Virus record (IMG/VR): IMGVR_UViG_2529292913_000008
Strand: one strand, 5' to 3'
Source of the DNA: a virus
Lineage: Duplodnaviria; Heunggongvirae; Uroviricota; Caudoviricetes
DNA: 64,000 bases
This document shows, one piece after another, positions 57,281 through 64,000 of the stretch (within the stretch, counting starts at the first letter, position 1; the number at the start of each line of letters is the position of its first letter). The position numbers and the translations under genes were made by a program. Below the pieces are notes generated by a model that was given only the letters and a program-made list of their open reading frames with translations, was not told the DNA's origin and searched no databases.

Positions 57281-58162
57281 ATGCTTTTACCTCTTTTCCC
57301 GCTACCATCGCGGCCAACTGAATTGATCCAGTTCCGTCAGCCAAATATTGCTGATGCGATGCGTTTCAACTCGATAACACCGGAGGAACAAGAACAACAG
57401 ACAACGGCGTATTTAAAAGCCTTGCTGGCTGAACCCGCGAAACATGATCCCCTGACATGGACGGCGCAGGACCGGATTACCGCGTTATGGTGGATATTTA
57501 CCGGCTCCCGTGAAACACCGGTCGAGACATTCACCTACACCTGTAAACATTGCGGTAAAGAGCATTATTACGATTGCGATATGAATGCTCTGGCTGAAGA
57601 TATCCAGGTCCTGGAAGTGGAACCTTTCATTGACGATATTGAGGTGTCTGTAGAGGGAGTACCTTATCAATGGCGTATCGTGCCGCTTGATGGTTGGGCA
57701 ATGGAAATGCTGGAGATGCGCCGTGCAGCATTGCCACCTGAAGACGACGCGGAATTCAAAGAAGCGATCGTTGATTTGCGTTTTTGGGAATTCGCTTATC
57801 AGTGTGAGCTTTATAACGATGTTAGCGGTACTCGTGAAGATCAGGCTGAGCGTCGTTATGAAACGATTAAACGGATGGCCATTGATACTGAATTTATGAA
57901 GCTGGCGGCACACATCCGACTGGCTCATGAAAAGCTCGAACATGGTTTACCGTGCTACATCGATAAAGGTGAAATGCGTCTTCGTCTCCCGCCGCATAAA
58001 TGCCCAAATCAGGATAAAAAGGAGTCCACAGAGGGTGCATATACCCGTCTGTGGGTGCCCTTTCGGGCTACCGACTTCATTCCACAGGTGGGGATTGAAA
58101 AGCTATCAGACCTTAGTGTCCAACCTGGTTTTGTATGGGGGTATACCGATTCAGGACGCTGA
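57281..58162 (+). CDS. Hypothetical late protein with CxxC motifs
   Basis: 293 aa with CKHCGKEHYYDCD. Confidence 0.5.
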   Translation: MLLPLFPLPSRPTELIQFRQPNIADAMRFNSITPEEQEQQTTAYLKALLAEPAKHDPLTWTAQDRITALWWIFTGSRETPVETFTYTCKHCGKEHYYDCDMNALAEDIQVLEVEPFIDDIEVSVEGVPYQWRIVPLDGWAMEMLEMRRAALPPEDDAEFKEAIVDLRFWEFAYQCELYNDVSGTREDQAERRYETIKRMAIDTEFMKLAAHIRLAHEKLEHGLPCYIDKGEMRLRLPPHKCPNQDKKESTEGAYTRLWVPFRATDFIPQVGIEKLSDLSVQPGFVWGYTDSGR

Positions 58163-58243
58163 AAGGCTTACTGAATCCTATGCGTTTTTCCTGTTGGAGA
58201 AACTGGAAGAAAAACTTAAACCGAAACGGTAGGCGATAAGATC

Positions 58244-58903
58244 ATGGAAAGAAAAAACGCCAATATTGACGATGTTATAAGGACAGTTGAAACCGCCAGC
58301 GCGAAAGAGCTGGAAGAGCTTGCAGGTATTCGGGAAGCTGTTGAAGATTTGAAAGGGGAACGAGTTGCAACTGTTGATCCTGTCTCTCGCAGTGTGTCGG
58401 CATTAAATCGCACAATCGAAAATTCACGTCCTGACTTTGTGACCAATGCGCCATCAGTGGACCCTATTGTTGACGCAATAAAACGGCTTAATTTAGGGGA
58501 CGTTTCTCGTATACGGGAGGACAAAGTCACTAACCGTGCACAGCAGGCTGCACCAACAGCGCACAATCCCCCAAATAGACGAAGAGAGGCAATAACAGAG
58601 GATGTTAAAGCACAGCGGTTAGAAACGGTCAAACTCGCTCGTGATTTGAAAGGGGAACGCGTTGCAACGGTTGACCCAGTATCTCGCAGTGTGTCGGCAT
58701 TAAATCGAACAATCGAAAATTCCCGGCCAGACTTTGTGGCCAATGCGCCATCAGTAGACCCTATTGTTGACGCAATGAAACGGCTTAATTTAGGGGACGT
58801 TTCTCGTGTAGTTCAGGAGGGCATTGCTCAACAGGAACAGCAGGCCAAATCAACTACACCAAAGGGTAAAAACGACGCAGGAAGGCTATACCAGAGGATA
58901 TAA
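58244..58903 (+). CDS. Hypothetical protein with an internal ~54-aa tandem duplication
   Basis: 219 aa; GERVATVDPVSRSVSALNRTIENSRPDFV.NAPSVDPIVDA.KRLNLGDVSR occurs twice. Confidence 0.55.
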   Translation: MERKNANIDDVIRTVETASAKELEELAGIREAVEDLKGERVATVDPVSRSVSALNRTIENSRPDFVTNAPSVDPIVDAIKRLNLGDVSRIREDKVTNRAQQAAPTAHNPPNRRREAITEDVKAQRLETVKLARDLKGERVATVDPVSRSVSALNRTIENSRPDFVANAPSVDPIVDAMKRLNLGDVSRVVQEGIAQQEQQAKSTTPKGKNDAGRLYQRI

Positions 58904-58941
58904 AGGCACAACGGACCGAAGCAGCCGAACACGCTCGCGAA

Positions 58942-61932
58942 ATGTTCGATCAAAAAGGCGGTGCGCAAAAAAGCCAAAACCAACGCGATGCGCGTGGTCG
59001 TTTTATTGGAAAGTCAGGGAGTAAGGCCGCAGCGGAAGATGCCCGTGCTGAACGTGCTGAAAAGGCCAGGCGCAAAGAGGATGATGAGCGTCTAAATGCT
59101 GAATCAGGTTTATTAAAAAAACTGTCAAAAGTAGCTGAAGGCATAGGTAACCCTTCAGAGACTCGTGCCGTTGATGCGTTAGGTTATGCCGTTGCTGGTC
59201 CATTGTGGGCAGCAGGGAAGGAGCTTGGCGGGATATCAAAAGAAGTTGGTGGATCGCTTAATGGTGCCAGAAAGTCTATTGCCGATGTGATTCGTGGCAA
59301 TGACGATAACAGCCGTAGAAAAGGTTTTTTTAGGCGTAAATCGCAAAATAGTGCCGATGTCGTTCAGGTTAACACCCAAAAACGGACAGTTCAGGAACTT
59401 CAGGAGCAGACCAGCGAAATTAAAGAGGGCAATGACAAGATTCTCAGCGCCCTTGATCAGATAGCCAAAAACACCGGGAAAAAGAAGGGCGGCTTGCTGT
59501 CCAAACTATTTAGCCTGTTAGGGAAGGGGGCCGGTGGCGTCGCGTCGTTGTTAATGGGGCGTGGCATGCTGAAAAAAGCTGGAGCACTCGCTTTTGGCGC
59601 TCTGGGGGCAAAGAAACTTGTAGGAATGCTACGCGGTGGTGGCAAGAAGACTATCGCCCATGAAGGTGGAGATTTGGCTGCCCGGGCAGCAGGTAAACTT
59701 GGATTAAAGGCAGTTGGTAAAGGGGCGTTACGCGCAATTCCCTTAGTCGGCACAGTGGCTGGAGGTATTTATGATGCGGTAACCGGTTGGAATGATACAG
59801 AAGCGCAACGTCGAGCGTTTGGGCTTAAATCAGGACAAGATCCATCATTCCAGCAAAAAGCCGCTTATACGTTAGCCAATGTTCTTGATATGGGGGGACT
59901 GGTATCTGGTATTAGCAGCGCCATTGGTGAGGTTCTCAAATCACTTGGATTTGAGGATATCGGCAATATGTTGCAATCATTTTCGACGGAAAGTATTGCC
60001 CAGGCCATTGATAGTGGGATTACCAACTTAGAAACATATATTTCTAACCTTGGCGACACCATTTCTACCAAGTTCGAAGATTACACAGCAAAGATTGGTG
60101 ATGCTGTTTCAGCATGGTTTAGCGATACATCTAATAAGCTGCTTGAAAAGCTGGATGCCATCAAAGACTTCTTTACTGTTGATAACCTGAAACAGGTTTT
60201 CAGTGATGCAATTGATAGTGCAATTGATTTCATTAAGAACCCAGGGAAACACATTAAAGAGGCGGCTGGTAATATTTGGGATGGGGTTAAAAATTTACCT
60301 GGTAAAGCATTAGATGCAGCGGTTGATGCCGTTAAAAATACCCCTGCGGCAATGATTGTATCAAAAATACCCAATCCGATCGGCGAGGCTAATGCGAAAG
60401 AAATCGCTCCAGAGTTAAAAGCTCCGGTTAATAGCCACCAGGAGACATCTGATTCTAAAACTGAATCCGATGCCAAACAGACTAATATTGTTACCCGCGT
60501 GATAAATGCGGCACTGGACACGGCGAAAGATAGCAATAAAACAGTTAAAGAAACTGCGAATCAGATTATCAATGCAAATGCCGCAGAAACGGGCAATAGC
60601 GCGTTGCAGAAAATTGATAAAGCTATTGGTCAAAATAGCTCGTCATCATCGTCGCTTAATACCACTGGCACCAGGAATGACATTCAGAAAGCTGCGGATA
60701 CCTACAACAATGGCCGCTTGGATGTAAAAGTCGGAAGTCTTGGATCTGAAGGTAAGGCAAATCTCGATAAGTTGGCTCCGTATTTTGCTGAACTAGAGAA
60801 TAAATATGGTCTTCCAGAAGGCACTCTTTACGCGATTGCTGCAACTGAATCTGGTGGTAATCCGTATGCAAAATCCCAAACCGGTGCTCTGGGAATGTTT
60901 CAGTTCACGGGGATTGCTCGTGAAGAGACTGGCTTAGCTGAAGGTGAATCGTTTGATCCTGTGAAATCGGCAGAAGCTGCGGCTCTTCTCATGAGCAAGT
61001 ATCTGAAGCAAGCCAATGGAGACTTAAACGAGGCCATCACTGCATATAACGCTGGGTTTGGCACTATCAATAAGTGGAAAAAAGGCACAGGTGACTTATC
61101 GAAAGAAAACCGTGAGTACGCGATCAAGGTCAATACTCATCGTGCTCGCTATTTAGGTGGTGAAATCTATACACCTGGAGCAGGAGCACAGGGTGGGGCG
61201 CAATATGGAGTGAGGGGACCACTGCCTGATAACGCTGTTATCGATCAGTCTACTGGCCTGGCGTTTACCCCTGGTGATAGCCCGTTTGAGAAAGGCGGTC
61301 TGGTAGACAAAATCGGCAATGCTGTTGGCGTTAACGATCTGGTCAACAAATTCATGAATGGCCGGGGTATGCGTCGGGAAGTCGTTCAGGGAACGCTCGA
61401 AGAACGTGCACGAGGGAAGGGGACCGCAACAGCAGCTGGCAATGTGTATGTTGATACTCCGATGCCAGTTGAAGAGGCGCGTCCGGTGACCAGCAACTCA
61501 AGTTACTTTGACCAACTCGGCGCACAAATGGGGATTGATGGACTATTCGATAAACTCCGCAACTCGCCGGGGATGCGGAAAAATAATGCGCCTGAACCAG
61601 CCTCCACGTCCCAGGTGACGACTGCCGCCAACGATTTGCAGCAACCAACCGGTCGTATGCAGATAGACGGACAGGTTATTAGTGACCTTGGTGGTTCCGG
61701 TGCCAAGCCGACAATGCAGTTGGCTGATAATACCGTTTCACTTGATGGTGAAACGAAGCGGCTGTTTGCGCAGATGACCTCATTACTTGCCAGGATTGAA
61801 GAGCACACCAAAGACTCGGCGAAAGGCCAGGGAACTGTCGTAAAGGTCAGCACGCCTCAGCCGGGCGTTATGCGCACGGTACCACTGTCAATTGATGATC
61901 CGTTGATGAATGACTACGCGAGAGTTGATTGA
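58942..61932 (+). CDS. Sit-like structural protein with a lytic transglycosylase (SLT) domain
   Basis: 996 aa; SLT motif region GTLYAIAATESGGNPYAKSQTGALGMFQFT; Gly/Lys-rich N-terminal half. Confidence 0.7.
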   Translation: MFDQKGGAQKSQNQRDARGRFIGKSGSKAAAEDARAERAEKARRKEDDERLNAESGLLKKLSKVAEGIGNPSETRAVDALGYAVAGPLWAAGKELGGISKEVGGSLNGARKSIADVIRGNDDNSRRKGFFRRKSQNSADVVQVNTQKRTVQELQEQTSEIKEGNDKILSALDQIAKNTGKKKGGLLSKLFSLLGKGAGGVASLLMGRGMLKKAGALAFGALGAKKLVGMLRGGGKKTIAHEGGDLAARAAGKLGLKAVGKGALRAIPLVGTVAGGIYDAVTGWNDTEAQRRAFGLKSGQDPSFQQKAAYTLANVLDMGGLVSGISSAIGEVLKSLGFEDIGNMLQSFSTESIAQAIDSGITNLETYISNLGDTISTKFEDYTAKIGDAVSAWFSDTSNKLLEKLDAIKDFFTVDNLKQVFSDAIDSAIDFIKNPGKHIKEAAGNIWDGVKNLPGKALDAAVDAVKNTPAAMIVSKIPNPIGEANAKEIAPELKAPVNSHQETSDSKTESDAKQTNIVTRVINAALDTAKDSNKTVKETANQIINANAAETGNSALQKIDKAIGQNSSSSSSLNTTGTRNDIQKAADTYNNGRLDVKVGSLGSEGKANLDKLAPYFAELENKYGLPEGTLYAIAATESGGNPYAKSQTGALGMFQFTGIAREETGLAEGESFDPVKSAEAAALLMSKYLKQANGDLNEAITAYNAGFGTINKWKKGTGDLSKENREYAIKVNTHRARYLGGEIYTPGAGAQGGAQYGVRGPLPDNAVIDQSTGLAFTPGDSPFEKGGLVDKIGNAVGVNDLVNKFMNGRGMRREVVQGTLEERARGKGTATAAGNVYVDTPMPVEEARPVTSNSSYFDQLGAQMGIDGLFDKLRNSPGMRKNNAPEPASTSQVTTAANDLQQPTGRMQIDGQVISDLGGSGAKPTMQLADNTVSLDGETKRLFAQMTSLLARIEEHTKDSAKGQGTVVKVSTPQPGVMRTVPLSIDDPLMNDYARVD

Positions 61933-62288
61933 TGGCCAACAATAACGAAATTGATCCTTTGCTGACGCTGGAGTTATCCGGCGTAAAAACGTATGAGTCC
62001 CAGGAGGAGGCCTGGGGCGCTCGTTTATATGAGTGGCTAAACACTTATCAGGGTGAGGTATACGGGGATCCGTCATGGGGCAATGTTTTACCGCAGTTTA
62101 AACACGAACCGACCAACTTGTCGCATGTTCAAATTGCGGTTGAGGCAATGCTGTTGCAAAAACTGACGGTAGATTTACCTGACATACCGATTTCTGGCTT
62201 GTCAGTTGCCGAGGGAGATGCTTTTGATAAGTTGAAAATATCCATTCGTATCAGGGATATAACTATCACACAGGACGTGGTGCTATGA
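61929..62288 (+). CDS. Hypothetical late protein
   Basis: 119-aa ORF overlapping both neighbours by 4 nt. Confidence 0.5.
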   Translation: MMANNNEIDPLLTLELSGVKTYESQEEAWGARLYEWLNTYQGEVYGDPSWGNVLPQFKHEPTNLSHVQIAVEAMLLQKLTVDLPDIPISGLSVAEGDAFDKLKISIRIRDITITQDVVL

Positions 62289-63718
62289 GTAAAACAACAC
62301 CGACTAAAGACAGTATTCGTGCAGAGTTTGAAGAGCTTGTCGAGAAAGATTCATTCTGGTCGAAGTTTGTCGGCTCTCAATTTGTCTCGATGCTGACATT
62401 GTTTATTACCCAGATTGTCTACAGGTGCTTTCAGTATGCCGATGCGGCGCTGGCTGAAGGCTTTATATCGACCGCGACGCGGCGTTCCTCTATCCTGGCA
62501 GCGGCAGAAACGAATAGTTACGTTGGTACCAAGCCAACACCGTCATCGGGGATGATTGAGATCACTGCCACAAGTGAAGACGCCCCAGCGGTAATCCCCA
62601 AAAACATGCCTTTAATATCTGACGACCAGTACCCTTACATGACTATGGATGTATGCAGGTTGGTTGACGGCACCGGTACGGTAGAAGTGGCACAGTTGGA
62701 AATCCAGGAGGTGACATATACCGTTACGGCAGCCAAAGAATTTCTGGAAGTCGTGTTATCAAAGGCTCTCACTGCTGTCTGCTATAAGCTGGAAGTATTC
62801 GTGACGACCGATGGTAAGACCACGCAGTGGTCTTCCAGCACTATGTTCCGGTTAGCCGGTAGTAAAAGCCAGGTCTACGTTGAGTTTTATAAACCATCCG
62901 AGCAGTTGGGGGTTCGATTCGGCGATGGGCTAATTGGGCAAATACCGCCAGAAGGCTCGACAATTACGCTTAAGGTATGGTGCACCAACGGCGATATAAC
63001 CCTGGTTGCTGGCCAAAACCTGACGCCTGTCGATTCTGCGGCTAATTTAGCTAATTTGATTTCAGTTAAGACAACGACACCTATAACCGCAGGTACCGAT
63101 GCTGAAACAACGGAGATCACACGTAACCGTGCACAATATTACCTTGCCTATGATGATCAGGTCGTATGGGGCGGGGATTATACGTATTTTCTGGTGCGTA
63201 ACATCCCAGGCCTGTCCTGGGTAAAGGCATGGGGTGAGGGCCAGCAAGAGAAATTAGATGGTGCTTATAATGTTCAGAATATCAATAAGATATTTATTTC
63301 AGGGTGGCATCCAAATAAAAGTCAGTCAGAACTTGAAGAAATGATCCTGGCTGCCTTTAAGAAGGTGCCGAATGAGCTGAACAAGAAATTCTCTTATAAA
63401 GAGGTCAGAAAACTACCATTTAAGATAACAATCACCGGGCGGATATCGGCAAGCCTGACCATTGAAAACGTGACCGATGAACTGACGTCGGCGCTGGAAA
63501 CAAAATTCGGGCGTGACTCAGCTTTCTTCGACCCAAACCGCGTTGGTAAGTACATCCTGATTAAGAAAAAAGACGTTTGGGCGTATATCGAAACGCTTGG
63601 CTATTTCCGCGATTTTTATCTGGAATTTGTCGAGTGGAATGAGTCCAACGGATTTTTCGATTTCGTTTATCTGGATACAGAAAACTCCACCTTTAATATT
63701 TCGTATGAGGAGGAGTGA
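62285..63718 (+). CDS. Baseplate/tail structural protein-like
   Basis: 477-aa ORF in the late operon. Confidence 0.5.
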   Translation: MSKTTPTKDSIRAEFEELVEKDSFWSKFVGSQFVSMLTLFITQIVYRCFQYADAALAEGFISTATRRSSILAAAETNSYVGTKPTPSSGMIEITATSEDAPAVIPKNMPLISDDQYPYMTMDVCRLVDGTGTVEVAQLEIQEVTYTVTAAKEFLEVVLSKALTAVCYKLEVFVTTDGKTTQWSSSTMFRLAGSKSQVYVEFYKPSEQLGVRFGDGLIGQIPPEGSTITLKVWCTNGDITLVAGQNLTPVDSAANLANLISVKTTTPITAGTDAETTEITRNRAQYYLAYDDQVVWGGDYTYFLVRNIPGLSWVKAWGEGQQEKLDGAYNVQNINKIFISGWHPNKSQSELEEMILAAFKKVPNELNKKFSYKEVRKLPFKITITGRISASLTIENVTDELTSALETKFGRDSAFFDPNRVGKYILIKKKDVWAYIETLGYFRDFYLEFVEWNESNGFFDFVYLDTENSTFNISYEEE

Positions 63719-64000
63719 TGCAACGTTCCTGGTTTAATAACCGGCTTACATCAGCTAAGCAAAAGTCATTGCTCTATAAATCATTGGCTGATTTGGTTCA
63801 GTCAATGATGGACACTTTTGTTGACCCATGGTTGGAGCGAATTACCAACCGGAAGTCTATTTTCTCCATGAGCAAGGAAGATCTGGAGACCAGGACAAAT
63901 GAACTTGGCCAGTTCTTTACTATCAGAACGTCGAATTCGTCTTCCGTACCAATGCTGTTACAACAGCGGCTTGACGAGATCCACTTTAAGGGAACTGAAC
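63718..64000 (+). CDS. Hypothetical late protein, 3'-partial at the window edge
   Basis: ATG overlapping the previous stop (TGATG); open to the end of the window (94 codons, no stop). Confidence 0.45.
   Translation, partial: MQRSWFNNRLTSAKQKSLLYKSLADLVQSMMDTFVDPWLERITNRKSIFSMSKEDLETRTNELGQFFTIRTSNSSSVPMLLQQRLDEIHFKGTE

Noticed and set aside
59457-61853. Several minus-strand ORFs (for example 59457..59753, 60081..60536, 61503..61853)
   Set aside because: They are antisense to the long sit-like gene, which has a clear SLT domain.

Overview
This window reads as one contiguous stretch of a P1-like (Punavirus) phage-plasmid, largely collinear with the phage P1 map in reverse orientation. Gene names are assigned from memory of P1 and from protein motifs in the supplied ORF translations; no database search was run. 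In order: immC (coi, c1), pacB/pacA terminase with the pac hexamer clusters, lpa, phd-doc, LexA-box-controlled humD, and hot. An accessory type I restriction-modification module (hsdM-hsdS-hsdR, EcoR124/type IC-like) sits where the P1 backbone is interrupted. Then follow the pap/ppp cluster, a late/baseplate block, ban, three tRNAs (Ile-CAU, Thr-UGU, Asn-GUU), plp/upl, the fused methyltransferase dmt, hrdC, an overlapped spanin pair, the plasmid replicon (oriR iterons, repA, incA iterons), parA-parB-parS, head/tail genes, a hok-like toxin, repL-kilA, immI (ant, icd, predicted c4 RNA) and further late genes including a sit-like transglycosylase. Two host-type insertion sequences are present with intact target-site duplications: IS10 (inside an lxr-like gene) and IS186 (22 bp downstream of the hok-like gene). 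At least nine C1-operator-like 17-mers are scattered through the window. I could not identify one clear-cut novel system; the best candidates are a pair of conserved structured elements flanking an unknown ORF beside the tRNA cluster, a two-gene T5orf172-like cassette between incA and parA, and the small hydrophobic ORFs bordering the hsd module. Three conserved genes (c1, repL and a ~420-aa gene) have frame disruptions at homopolymer runs, which may be sequencing errors rather than biology.
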